Below are positions 50,583 through 62,905 of a stretch of DNA of 64,000 nt, piece after piece. The notes beneath the pieces are model-generated. The model saw nothing but the letters and a program-made list of their open reading frames with translations, searched no databases and was not told the DNA's origin. The translations under genes and the position numbers were made by a program. The first letter of the stretch is position 1; each line of letters begins with the position of its first letter. Source of the DNA: Lama guanicoe (Eukaryota); contig MU054220.1 in assembly GCA_013239625.1 (NCBI GenBank), forward strand, positions 1,665,509-1,729,508, given 5' to 3'.

Positions 50583-52375
50583 GGATGGTTTCGGGTTCCT
50601 GCCACAGTCTGTCCCGCCTTCCCTGGGCTCTGGGTAGGAGAGTGGGGACATATGCAGGAGGCTCCTTCCCCAAGTGGTGCTGCCTGGAAACCAGAGACAT
50701 CCATGGACCTCAAACCAGTTGTCAGGGTGAGGCCTTCTGGGAGGGATGGGTGTCTGCTACAGCTGCTTCCCGGGGTCTGCTGGCCTCCCCCACCATGTCC
50801 CTCCAGACCCCTCTCTCTCCAAACTCCCTGCCCCACCTCTCTGAGCTTTTGAGGCCCATGGCTCCGCTGCTCTTGAATGAGGGGCCTAAAAGAAGCCACA
50901 TTAGTCTTTCCCTTCTTTTTGAATCTTGGTTCTCTGGCTCTTGGCCTAACTTCCTTATAAAGCCAGGCTCTGGGTCTTTGCTCCCTTGTTTCCTGGCCCC
51001 CAAGCCTCCTGTTTCTCTGCACATCGCTTTTAGCACTGAGGGCCCGTTTCCTCTGGCTGAAAAGTGAAACCTTGAGCAAGATCCACTCTGAGAGCCCTTC
51101 TAGGCCTCACCACTGGTCATACTGTGTTCTCCACCCCACCCCTCCATTCTGCCATCAGCGCCCCTCCCTGTTGGGCCCCATATCCTGTCAGTTTCCTTTA
51201 GGATCTTGCCAGTCTTCTGTCTACCAGCCTTCCAGCTCCCCCACCTGGGACCTGACCTAGTGTGGTTCACCGTTCATGGAGGGCTCACCCTGGGCCACAT
51301 GCTATGTGGGTCTTGAGCATAATTTTATCTAGTTAATCTCAATAACCGCCAGTAGGCTGGCCTCCATTTATAGATGCATTTGAGCAACTGGGCCGAGACT
51401 GCATAACTCTTAGGTGGCATAGCTAGGATTCAGACCCAGGACTGCAAATAAAATCTAGTTGTGCTGTCTTCAGTAGCTGTGACCGCCCCTTGAATGGCCT
51501 TTCAAAGCAGCAGCCCTTCAGAACTCTCCGTCAGTTCTCACTTTCCCTCCAGCAAAAGCACTTTACTGTCCTCTTCCTGTCACCTCCCCCGAGAGGACAT
51601 GCCCAGTCACAGAACCACTGGCTGCCGTCTGGAGTTCCCCTCCTTCTGGTCCCACTGCCTCCAGGCTAGCCTTCTAAGCTGCCATCCTGAGTGTCCAGGT
51701 GCACCCCCATTGTGTGCTCCTTGGTGATCCCACTGACTCCCTCCACCCTGGGAACCCCAGCACGGCCTCTGAAGTGTGCTGGTTCTGTCCCTGTCCTGGG
51801 CTCAGCTTCCCCAACTCCAGCATCCACCCCCACCCCCGTCCCTTGCCCCGGCCAGGGCACCCGAGTGAATGCAGCCACCACCTTCAGCCCCTACCTTGGT
51901 GTCATCATCTGTAAGTGGGACTCCACTGCCTCCCTCAGCGGGCTGCGTGCGAAGACTGCACGTGTATCTGCCACCCAGCAGGGACGTGACAGGCTAGGCG
52001 CTCCAGTGCCTGCCGATGGGAGGGTGGGGGCTGGCGGGACAGCCCTGGGTTCCTTCCTTGCTTCTTGGTCCTTAGTATGTCACAACTGGGTGAAGCAGGT
52101 CCCTTTAGCTGAGGATGCTGAGTCAGAGCCGGGCACTCCCAGCTGAGGGTGCAGCCAGTTTGGGTTTCACAGCCCGTGCCAGCCTCTGATGTGGGGCAGC
52201 CATGCTCTCCACCAGCAGCTTGCTGAAGGTAGAGGAAAACCCCGGACTGCACTGTTCTCCCAGTGGCACTGGGGAGGCAGCTCCCCCCAGTGCCTGATGC
52301 TGGCTTTACACTCAGCATATTCATTGGAAGTGAGGGTATGATTTAGAATTAAGGTCTCATTTTTCGTTTTTTCTT

Positions 52376-52812
52376 TTTAATGAAAAATAACTTAATTTCA
52401 TGGAGGCCAGACCTGGAAATGACTGTGGATGGAGCTCCCTTTGTGGTTAGGTTACTTGGGACACGCCGGGAAAAAGCCCTGGGTCCGAAGGTCTATAAAA
52501 TGAGGACACCACCCTTGGGGGTGACATGGGCTTTAACGGCCTGTAGCCAGGCTTGTATTATTGGGATAAAAAGCTAACAAAACAAGCCAGGGGAACAGGA
52601 AATGTTATCCCTGTTCTGAGAAACACCCCAAAAATTCAGAGACAAAACAGAAGGGCTGGGAAGGGGATGGCGGCGGAGGCGGCTGGGCGGCCTGCAGGAG
52701 CTGGGCCCGCAGAGCAGCCAAGCTGGCTGGAGTTCGGGGCGCCGGGAGAAGCCCTGCTTGACCATGGGCTCTCTTGCACAGAACAGAGGCAGCCAGTTTG
52801 TGTATATTTATT
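52376..52812 (-). terminator. SLC39A13 candidate polyadenylation signals (AATAAA 52807-52812; ATTAAA 52376-52381)
   Basis: tttatt and tttaat on the + strand, downstream of the minus-strand stop. Confidence 0.55.
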
Positions 52813-53965
52813 TGTATCTCATCTATAGAACAGGTATTTACAGATAGAAACGGAACCACAGCAGAACTGCTGTAAAAACCATTCAGACCCTCTCGATGGC
52901 TACTTCTCCGGACGCCCACGGTCGAGCAGCAGGGCTGGAGCCTGGCTGTGGAGTGGGCCAGCTGAGTACCTGGGCGTCAGCCAAGGGAAATAGCTGGGGA
53001 TTATGGCTTCAGCATTCTCCCAGAGCACATTCCTGAGTGCTGACAACGTGGAGCCCTCGCCACCCCCAACTAACCCCACCCGAAGTGGGACAGGAAAAGG
53101 GGCCCCAGCTGGGAGGGGCGGCCATAGCTCACTCTCTTCCTGCCCCCAGAGTGTCTGCCTGGACCCTGTGCCGGCACGAGCATCCCTGAGCTGACTGGGA
53201 GGCCTCTCTGGCCCTGGGCTGCTTGCTGCCCTGCAGGCTGCTGTTTGGCAGCTGGAGGTGGCAAGAGCTGCTGGCACCGCCAGGGAGCAGTCACTGGGGG
53301 AACAGGAGCTGGCCCAGGGCAGGCAGCCACGCGGAGAAGGTCTTCGAAAGCATCTCACAGCTCTGTGTGGAGACGGTAGGACTGTCAGTGCTGAGGGGGG
53401 CTGGGGCCACATGAGCACCTGCCTCTCCTTCCTTTGGCCTTGGAGCTGCTGAAGGAAGGGCCGGGACGCTGGACACAGCAGAGAAGGTGCCCAGCCTTGG
53501 TTCCTGGCTGCCTAGGGCTGGGTGTGTCCGCAGAGGGGTTTACTCCCTCGGGCCAGGGACCCATGAGGCCCCAGTAGGAGACAGCTTTGGGGCTCCCTGC
53601 AGCCCTGGGCTCCTTGAGCTGCTCTTACTCCTCTTGGGGTCCTAGGGTGGAGAGGCCCCTGCTTGGGACCAGTGCTCCCGTTCCTCACTGCTGACTCCAG
53701 GAGGTGGAAGATAACAGGGTGGCAAGGAGAGAAGACCACAGTGTGGCTAGGGGCAGGCCCAGGCATTGGGCCCTGGGCCCAGCACACGAGGGATCACAGT
53801 GTCGGTCTCGCACACACCTCTGGTCACCTGTGTACACCACACACAAACACACATACACACCATCCTCTTGTCTGGTCGGAGGCTCGTTCACTCTCTGCCT
53901 CACACACACGGTCAGAGTGAATCCGAGTCTCTTATTGCTTGCAGGGGGTGGGAAGTCAGGGACGG

Positions 53966-54041
53966 TTACTCGACGAAGAGTGAGAACAGCACCATCACCA
54001 CGATGCCCATGCAGAGCAGAAGCACCTGCTGCAGGGAGCGC
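53966..54041 (-). CDS. SLC39A13: SLC39A13 exon 10 (stop TAA)
   Basis: acag|GCGCTCC...GTCGAGTAA. Confidence 0.96.
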
Positions 54042-57000
54042 CTGTGGGGAGAGGGGCTGCGGCTCAGAGGGTGGCACCGGCTGAGGTGGGGGGCAGAGGC
54101 CCTGCAAATGGCATTCCCAGTGGGTAGCTCACCACGGGTCATCTTCCTCCAGTAGGTCGGGCAGCACGTTCACCAGGGCAATGTAGAGAAAGCCACCAGA
54201 GGTGAAGGGCAGCATCCAGGCCACAGTCTCCTCTGCAGGAGGAGAAGCCCTGACTGGCTGGGAGTCCAGGGGAGCCACGTGTACCACACCCCCTCCCATA
54301 GAGTGGACTCAGGGCAGAACTTGGCTAGATACCAGGGGCAGGGCAGCTGTGCCCTTCAGCTGGGGCCCTTCTGCTGACCGCCACCTGCCGCCACCACCCA
54401 CCACGCCCGTACCTACTCCCTTGGGGGACTGCGTACAGATGGCGAAGCAGGCGCCCAGCAGGCCCCCCAATGCCGTCGAGAGCTGCAGCTTGGCTGCGCT
54501 CCATCGGTCAAAGCCGGCCCGGAGCAGGATGGCAAAGTCGCCCACCTGAGGGGAGGTCCAGATGATCACTCTGGGCCCCAGTGGGGCCAGATCCCCTGAG
54601 CACCTCAGGTATGGACATGCACACCGAGCCCCCTGCACCAGCCCCACAGCTGGGACCCCTCAGCCCACATCCCCTCAGCTGGGCCCTTAGTCTCCAGGGC
54701 ATTGGAGTGCGGCTGGGATGGTGGCTGCAGCCTGGCAGGCTGAGCAACTCCAGGCCTCCATGGTCCAGCACCCCCAGCCTACCATTGCCGAGCAGTCCCA
54801 CCCCAAACCCCTCCGCCAGCTCCACGCCCACAGGCTGACCTTGGGGACCCTCTGGCACTCACCTCATGGGGGATCTCATGCAGGAGGATGGCCATGGTGG
54901 TCAGCAACCCGATCTGTAGGGAGGCGGGCTGTGGGGTCTGTGCTGAGGGCAAGGGCACCCACCTGTCCGCTCACTCTACAAATGTTTGCTCTGCTCTGAG
55001 CGCCCTGGCTGGGTACCATTTGGCTACTAGAAATACATCAGCAAATGAAACTGACAAGGAACCTGCCCTCAAGAAGCCAACAGGCTGGATGGGAGAGCCA
55101 AGGGTTGAGTAAACACACAGAGAACCATGTGATTACACACCGTGACAGGTGCTATGGGGGAAAGGTGGACTGGGTGCCAGGGCACGAAGGGCCTAATTTA
55201 GATGAGAGGTCAGCAAAGGCCCCTTGGAGAAGTGCATTTTAGTTGAGCCCTGAAGGATGAAGAGCCAGCAGTTTGAAGAGTGGGAGAAAGAACATTCCAA
55301 GTAGAGCTAACAGTCAGGAAGAGGCCATGAGGGGAGAAGGAGCTTGGCCAGTTCAAGAGCAGGCAGACCTTGGGGCCAAAGCACAGAGGGCAGAGGGAGG
55401 GGGTGGAGGGACAAGAATCTAGAAGCAGGCAGGGGCCTGGCAGAGGCCTATGACTGCAACAAGGAGCAGCAAGAATAGACCAGTGGTTCAGGAGAGCAGC
55501 AGGGAGGACCGTGGCTTAGGTGAGGGCCTTGTGATGGAGGGAGCAAGAAGCAGATGGACTGGGGAGCTATTCTGGAGGCAGAGCCAGCTGGCTAACACAC
55601 GCCCCCTCATTCCCACTGGAATGGCCTGGACCCCACTCGCCTCAACCCCACTCACCTTCTTGCTCACTAGGAAGCTGGCAGCCACAGCCAGCCCGTGAGT
55701 GAAGTTGTCTATGGTGTTGGCCAGCAGGTTGAGATAGCCACTGACCTGCATGAGGGGAGAGAAAGCTGGGCTGAGCCCGGCAGTCAGGGCTGAGCTGGGC
55801 CAGCCACTCGGGGTGGGGCGGCTGCAGGAGGAGGGGGCCCTGAGCGGGCCACTCACTTTGATGCTCCGGACCACGGCGCTCAGGCCGGGCTCTGCAGCCG
55901 GCTGGGCCAGATAGTGGCCTCCACTGAGCGCGGCAGCAGCTGCGGGGTCTTTGCTGGGGGCCTAGGGCCAGGAGAAGGAGGGAGAGGTGACATTAGATGC
56001 CCCCCACTCAGCCAGGGTAGACAGAAGGGGAGTGAGAGATGGGGAACACCCCTTTTATCTGACTAGACTTTGCTGCTTGATCAGCTGGGCACCCCGAAAC
56101 TCGACCCTCTGCCTCCAACCCTGGTGTCACTGTCAGTCTATGGGAACCAGCCAGGCAGGAGCTGATGCCATCACTCCCCAGATCCTTCCAAACAAGCTGG
56201 CCCAGCCTCCCAGAGCTCCCAGGAAAGGCAAGAGATCCTCTTTTCAGGGCTGGACTCCAGAACCTGGGCCTCCAGGCCCTGGCACCACCACACAGAGGCT
56301 GACCTGTGTAGGCCCTGGGGTTTGGGGCTCACCTGGCTAGTCCCCTCCTTCTCCTTGCTGTCCAAGAACATCTTCTCCAATGCCAGGAAGGTCAGGAAGC
56401 CGGCAATAACCCACAGTCCCAGTTGCTGTTGCTGCTGCAGGCTCTGCCCCTCACCACCTGCAGGGGGCAGCACTGACAGGCCAGGCCCAGCCAGGGCCAC
56501 AGAAGGGGGACCATTTGTAATGGGACCTAGTCCAAGGCAGTGATGGGGCAGGGCGCTAGGACTGGCTCGTGGGGCAGCTGGGCCCCAGGGACTCCCACAG
56601 GGACCAGGCAGTGGGACCAGGGCAAGTTCCCTGCCAGATGCCCTGAGCCCCTCTCACAGTCAATCTGCAGAGCAGGCAAGGCCTAGGCCATCCCTGGGCA
56701 TGGGTACCAGTTCCCACCCACTCACCCCTGCCACCCTCCCACCCGCAGCCTGTGGCCTCACTTACCAGGGCTGGCGCTGTACGTGTAGGCCCACGCTTCG
56801 GGCAGCAGGTGGAGAAACACATTGCCCAGGAGACCCCCCAAGGCAAAGCTGAGCAGCTGCTTCAGGCGCCGGGCTCCAGCTACAAGGCAGAGATGTGGGA
56901 CCTGGGGGCTGAGCCACACCCAGCTTACTGGGCTCTTCATGTGGTCCCAACCATATTGCAAGTCTCCAGAAGGCTGGACATGGGCGGATGGCCTTCCTGG

Positions 57001-58884
57001 GCCCCCAGCCTCCAGGCCCAGCAAGGGCTGGTAGTGTGCAGGAATACACCACAAACTGCAGGCTGACTGTGCAGCCTCCACTGCTTCAGGGTTAAGAGAC
57101 TGGGCTTGGGAGCCCAACAGTTCTCAGCTCCCCAACCCACCAGCTGGTAACCTTGGGCAGATTACTTCCGGAACTGTCTCCTCATCTGTATATGGGGGAC
57201 AATTGTATCTATCTGATAGTGATCTTGTGATAATTTAATGACAATGCATATGGCAAATGCTTATTAAATAGGAATTTTTCTCTGTTACTCTCAGAAAAGT
57301 GGCGGAGATTTGAGGACTTTTGCAGACTTGCAACATCTGGAGTTGGAAGTGCCCTAAGGGGGCCATGTCGAAACCCTTGGTTCCACAGACCAACTGAGGC
57401 CCAGAGGGAAGAGGCAGCTTGGTGGTGGGGTGGGATCCCAGGGGAAGCTGCTGCTTCCAGGCTGTGTGACCTTGGGTTCCTCGAGGAACGTCTCTGTGCC
57501 TGTGCTTCCCCACTTGTAAAATGGAGCTAATAATCCAAGTCCTCCCTAGGTTGACCTCGCAGGGATGCTGTGAGAGGGGCTGAGCTAACGCACAGGCGTG
57601 ACAGCAGGGCCCCGGGAGGGCTCTGTTCACAGCGGTGGCGCCAGCCCTCAGCCCACTGCCTGGCACAGATGCGTTCATAACCATCTGCTGAATGAACAGT
57701 TCCTGAGCCTGGCAGGCAGCACAGGCCCTGGGACCCTCATTTCAAAGATTCCTGGGGCTCTGGCCCAGACCTACTATGTCACACTCTCGGGTGGGGGCGA
57801 CAGGCACCTGCATTTTTAGCAGCTCCCCATCTGATCTTGTTTATTTTTCATTACAGAATGTCACCTTTGGATAGATGGTACAGGCAGTCAGCCAAGGAAA
57901 AGCCTCCGCCACGCCTGCGCCCACATCCCAGACCCCCTCCCCAGAGGCAGGCCGGCTACCAGCCCCGCATGTTTTTCTGGGTGAGGCCGCCCCAGGGGCT
58001 CTGGGTTTGAGCACTCTCACACTAAGAGCAGAGACTGAAGGGAGAGGCAGCACTTCACTCTCGCTGCATCCCGGTACCCAGCATGGGCCCGCGAACACAG
58101 AGCATTTTCCCTGCACCAAGCAGTCTTCTAAGCACTTTATCAATATGAGTTCACTGGATCTTCACCATAACACCTATGGGGGTAGATATTGTTATTATTC
58201 CCACTTTTAAGGTTGGGAGCTTGGGGCAGAGTGAAGTTAAGGAATTTGCCCAATGCCACCCAGCTGGTAAGTGGCAGAGCCAAGATTTGAACCCAAGCAG
58301 ACTGGCATCCATATTTCCAGCCACTATCTCTACTGCTCTTGGTGACTGATTGCTCTTATTCTTTTGGCATAAACAGATGCACAAATGAATGAACAAATGT
58401 GTATGGCTGGATCCCCAAACACACACTGCCTCACTGGACCAAGGTGAGGAATGGTGCTCGGTCCCCACCCTCTACCTCAGACACACTGTGACTCGGAACT
58501 CGAGACCTGGCTCTCCTGGGAAAAGCAGCAGCATGTTTACCACGCTGCTGGCTGCCCATGGGTGCCAGAGGAGGGTCACCAACCTTCTGAGCGCAGCGTG
58601 GTCCCCATCTCCAAGGGAATGATGAGCAACGGGAAGACCCCACTGAGTCCCACCATGAGTGAGCCCAGGAGGGAGCAGATCCAGGTGTCCAGCCTCTCTC
58701 CACTCAGCAGGGCCCCCCAGGACTCACTTTCCTTATTGTCCAGGCGACAGGCCGCTGCCGAACCCCGGCTCCAGAGGGCCTGCTGGGAACCCCCAGCCCC
58801 CTCTAGGAGCTCCAGGGCAAGAGCAGTGAGGAAGAGGAGCCTTTGTCCCCCCATGCCACAGCCAGGGCAGGGACATCCAGGCAT
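53966..58884 (-). CDS. SLC39A13: Zinc transporter ZIP13 (LIV-1 subfamily), 364 aa (371 aa with the alternative acceptor)
   Basis: complement(join(53966-54041,54133-54232,54413-54545,54863-54913,55656-55745,55857-55961,56333-56457,56766-56879,58584-58884)) = 1095 nt. [10 protein letters not shown] start, DNFTHGLAV and HEIPHEVGDFAIL motifs. Confidence 0.97.
54133..54232 (-). CDS. SLC39A13: SLC39A13 exon 9 (alternative acceptor at 54253)
   Basis: gcag|AGGAGACT...CCGTG|gtgagc. Confidence 0.94.
54413..54545 (-). CDS. SLC39A13: SLC39A13 exon 8
   Basis: tcag|GTGGGC...GTAG|gtacgg. Confidence 0.96.
54863..54913 (-). CDS. SLC39A13: SLC39A13 exon 7 (HEIPHE)
   Basis: acag|ATCGGG...CATGAG|gtgagt. Confidence 0.96.
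55656..55745 (-). CDS. SLC39A13: SLC39A13 exon 6
   Basis: gcag|GTCAGT...AAGAAG|gtgagt. Confidence 0.96.
55857..55961 (-). CDS. SLC39A13: SLC39A13 exon 5
   Basis: ctag|GCCCCC...ATCAAA|gtgagt. Confidence 0.94.
56333..56457 (-). CDS. SLC39A13: SLC39A13 exon 4
   Basis: gcag|GTGGTG...AGCCAG|gtgagc. Confidence 0.95.
56766..56879 (-). CDS. SLC39A13: SLC39A13 exon 3
   Basis: gtag|CTGGAG...CCTG|gtaag; [21 protein letters not shown]. Confidence 0.96.
58584..58884 (-). CDS. SLC39A13: SLC39A13 exon 2 (first coding)
   Basis: acceptor ttttcag| at 58893/58892, ATG 58884, donor GAAG|gttggt. Confidence 0.95.
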
Positions 58885-60239
58885 ACCACGTGCTGAAAAA
58901 CACAAAGGCCACTTACGTGAGCAGCCACCCTTGACTGCACACCTGCTTAGGAAACGTGGCATCTTAACCCTCCCCCCACTCCCAATGGCCATGGCACCTG
59001 CTTTCCAGCCTGCCTCCCCCCGAGCCTCTGAAGATCTGAATGATGGGTGCACCGAGCCAAGGGGCTCTGCTCCACACTGCACTCCCACACATTTTTTCCT
59101 TGGGAGCCAGCTCCAGACTGTGTGTCAGTGTGTCCGCCTGAGGCTAAACTTTTTTAATGACAGGGCGAGGCACTGGCTGGGTTCCCCTCAGCCACCGGTA
59201 GGCCCGGCCCAGCTGGGTGTCTGGCTGCCAGGAGAGGCTATGCCGCCAGGATGAGCCCCAGTAAGGACACCCCCAGGGACAGAGGCCGGCCCTGTCTAGC
59301 TTGATGGGGCGACATTAGGAGATGCAGGTGGGGAAACCAAGCAGCTGAGCTAGGTCAGGACCACCAGGGCTTCTTCCTAGGAAATGATCCCCAAATCTCT
59401 GGGCACAGAGACAGACAGCAGATGGGACTGAAGAGAGAGGATCCTTCATTTAGGAGCTGCGGCACAGATGCACGCAGCACAGAGCACAGGCTTAGGAGAC
59501 CTGACTTTGACTTTGTGCTCTGCACTTACAGATGCTTGACTGGGCAAGACCTGGAAGCCCCTCTCTGGCCTCACTCTCCTCCTCTGTAGGATGGAGGTAA
59601 GTACTGCCTCCCTCAAACAGTCATGAAAATGAGATGAGCCTGCTTATCAGGTGAATGTGCCTGGCATGGAGGAGGCAAAGCGAGCCCTCCTCATGTTGCC
59701 GGAGCCCAGGGCGCTGGGCAGCAGAAGTGTTCCCAGCCGGTGGATCACAGGACCTGGATGTGAGTCAACCAAGAGGGAAGTTCAATCTGGAAATTCAGGC
59801 ACGAGGTTTAAATGTGGTCTGTCCTGCCTCATACTGGCTGTGATCTTGGGCCTGTGATGTCCCTGCCTCAGTTTCCTCTTCTGCTGATGGAGGCAGGAGG
59901 GAGGGAGATCAGCTGGAAAAGATGCTCGGGTCTCAGATCTCCAAGTCTTAAAGGGACCCTGATGATGGAACTTGCTGGGATCTACTGGGGATCAAAGGCA
60001 GGACTGCGCGAGGCCGGACTTGGACGCGGAGGCGGGTCACGTAGAGGTGAGGGGACCAGAAGTTTGGGATAGGGGATGGGGTACCGAGACTATCAGAGAG
60101 AGAGGAAAGGGAGAAAGCAAGAGCGGGAGCAAGAGTGAGAGAGGCAGAGTGCGAGACAGATGCGGAGGAGGAGAGAGAGGGAGAGATGCAGAGCGACGCG
60201 TGGGGAGAAAGCGGGGAAGAGCCCAAGGAAGTTGAACTC

Positions 60240-60900
60240 CCCGGCTCTGGGCGAGAGGCCCAGGTCTCACTAGGACAAGCCGGGCCGGGGTCAAGGGTAT
60301 GGGCAGGGTCCGTCCCGCCCGGGGCTCAGGCCCTGGGGGGTCGGGCGGTCACTCACCGAGCGGCAGCGACGGCGCTCCGGGCGGCCCCGGCCATCCAGCT
60401 GCGGCGCCGCGCCCCGCCCAGGCCCTGCCCCTCCCGGCCCTGCCGACCCCTCCCGGCCCGGCCGCCCGGCCCCCGGCCCGGAGCCCGCCCCGGCGCGCAG
60501 CCACGTCACACGGGACCTGTCCGGAACCCGGCGCGCCGCGCGCCGCGGGGTCGGGGGAGCGGCAGTCGGGCGCGCTTCCGCCTCCCGGCCATGGGGGACC
60601 CGGGCGGCTGGCGCACTTCCGCTCGGGCCGGACTGGGGCGACGGGGAGGGTCGGGCGGAAGTGGGAGCCCCGTGGGCACCGCGCTCAATCGGGCTGGGCA
60701 AGGCGGGGGCGGCGGCCCCACAGGGACCGCGAGCGGCCGGGTGGCTGGGCTTGCGGGTCTGGCCGCTGCTTCCTCTCTCGGGCCGCAGTCCCGGCCGCGG
60801 CCGCACGAGGGCGCGCTCGGCTGCCAGACTGCACCGCCCCGGGCCGGGGTCGGGGTGGGAGGTTGGCTGCGGCGCTCCTGCTCTGAGTCAGCCGGGCCTG
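60240..60900 (-). promoter_or_regulatory. CpG island: SLC39A13 promoter and non-coding exon 1 (donor GTGAGT at 60356-60351)
   Basis: Very high GC/CpG content, GC boxes, ETS CGGAAG motifs on both strands, and TGACGTGG at 60501-60508. Confidence 0.8.
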
Positions 60901-62412
60901 GCTCCTCCATGAGCAAGGGAAAGGGGAAGTGCCTGCCGCAGGGAGGGGCCTAGCCCCGGGAACCTCAGAAGAGGGAATTTTATTCTTACTCATCGAATTA
61001 TTTTTATGCTTTGGTTTTTCACTGGGAACCTCAGGCCTTTGTCTCCAGGGCTTGTAACCCTTTGGAGTCCAATGCATGGTGGCTTGACTCTGCTGCTGGT
61101 TACTCCAAACCTAGGGGAGCAAGGGCTCTCTGTACTTCCCTCACCTCAGACTAGGGTGGCAAACAATAACATTATTGTAACTGCAATTTACTGAACACCT
61201 ATGACGTGCCGTTCACTCTACTTGCATTACCTCCCTCAATCCTCAGTCTGTCACGTTGAAGTGGGTACCTTTAGCCCAGGGTTACACAGTAGCACAAATG
61301 GCAGAACCTTGATAAACCTGGGTGTCCCTGAACCCGAAGCATATGCTAGCACCTCTCATTTCTAGGTCATGGGACTCTGGTTCAGCATTTCCACTTTGCA
61401 TCCTTCTCTGGGAATCAGCCAGGACTATAAAACACTCAGGAAGGGGCACTAGGGTATTCACTCTGGCAGAAATTGTGACAGGGTGGGGGTCTCCAAGCCT
61501 CTGAACCCCATCTGCCTCTTATGGTAGTTCCTTCATCCATCCTGTGTTGCTCTCCTTCACTGGGGGCTCTGAGGACACAGAGCACTCACATACCGCACCA
61601 GTTGCTCTGTTCCACCTCACACTCCAATGTTTGTCCCTCCTCGACTCCCAGCTTGAAAAAGGAGGATCAGCTTTCCTCTGAAAGCCCCGTGTCTGCCTCA
61701 CCCCCCAGGCCCATAGGTCTGCGGGGACGCCCTTCTGTTCCCCTCCCTCGGTTCTGAGGTGGAACCCCCAAGTTGGTTACTTTGCAAAGGGTGGAAAACA
61801 CTCAGGGATGCTGCTTTGGGAACTCTTAAGATCCCCCCCCCCCCGATATATGCAAATCACTCCATCATATGCAAAGCGCTTCACAATATACACATGATTT
61901 CACAATAACACAGTCAGCATTCCCGCCTCTGGGTGCTGAGGGCTGCTGGCCACCACCAAGGGGATAAGCAAGACCCAGCTGGAAACACCACTTGCTACCT
62001 TCTCAATGCCCTTTCCTCTCATCTGGCCTGCAATTTTCACCATCAGCATCAGACTCCCTAATGGATTAAAGAAACAAGCCTATTGGGGGTGGGGATGGGA
62101 CTCTAGAAGATGACCATGAGCCAGGAGGGCCAAGTGGGTGGACAAATGTGACTGTTAAAAACTGTGAAGTATATCTACCAGAGGTTCCAGGTATGGATGA
62201 GTGAGAAAAGAGAGATGCAGTAATATTTGTTTAATATAATCTACTAATTTAAAATAACAACAAAAAAGAAACTTGTATATGTACATGTGGTTATAGGTAT
62301 CGGTATGTACAAGTCCAAGTATAATTATGAATAAATAAAAAATATAGAAACATTAGAGTGATAATATGTATTCCCTGGGTTGGGGAGGAAAACATATAAA
62401 AATATAAAAGGA

Positions 62413-62493
62413 AATACTGTATAGGACAGGGAACTATATTCAATTTCTTGTAATGAGCTGTAATGGAAAAGAATCTGTATATATATATATATG

Positions 62494-62524
<31 letters not shown>

Positions 62525-62593
62525 AACTGAATCACTTTGCTGTTTCAACATTGTAAATTGACTACACTTCAATAAAAAATAAGAATTAACAAT
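62413..62593 (+). mobile_element. Short young L1 3' end fragment
   Basis: acagggaactatattcaa...gactacacttcaataaaaaa; TSD atataaaagga at 62402 and 62594. Confidence 0.7.
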
Positions 62594-62699
62594 ATATAAA
62601 AGGACAAATTTTAAAAACACATTAAAACACATAACGATCACATTTATGCAATTATGTAAAAATAGATATATAAAAGCTTTTATATATATATATTATGGC

Positions 62700-62905
62700 C
62701 TCCTAAATCAATGGTTAAGACAACTAGATTCTAGAACCAGACTTCCTGGGGCAGATTACTTAACTCCCTATGCCTCAGTTTCCTCATCTGTAAAATGGAT
62801 TACTATATTGAACAGTTATGAATATGAAGTAAATGAATATACACAAAACACTTAGAACTATGCCTGGCATATGGGAAATTCTACTTAAGGATTAGATATT
62901 ATTAT
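62700..62905 (+). mobile_element. MIR SINE
   Basis: gcctcagtttcctcatctgtaaaatgga core...cttagaactatgcctggcatatg. Confidence 0.65.

Noticed and set aside
58885..59088. N-terminal extension of ZIP13 suggested by the ORF track
   Set aside because: It lies almost entirely upstream of the ttttcag acceptor at 58893 and is therefore intronic.
58451..59254. 267-aa + strand ORF
   Set aside because: It is antisense to SLC39A13 exon 2 in GC-rich DNA and has no recognisable homology.
60135..60953. 272-aa and other long overlapping ORFs in the CpG island
   Set aside because: These are Pro/Arg/Gly/Ala-rich, stop-poor ORFs expected from very high GC content, with no recognisable domain.
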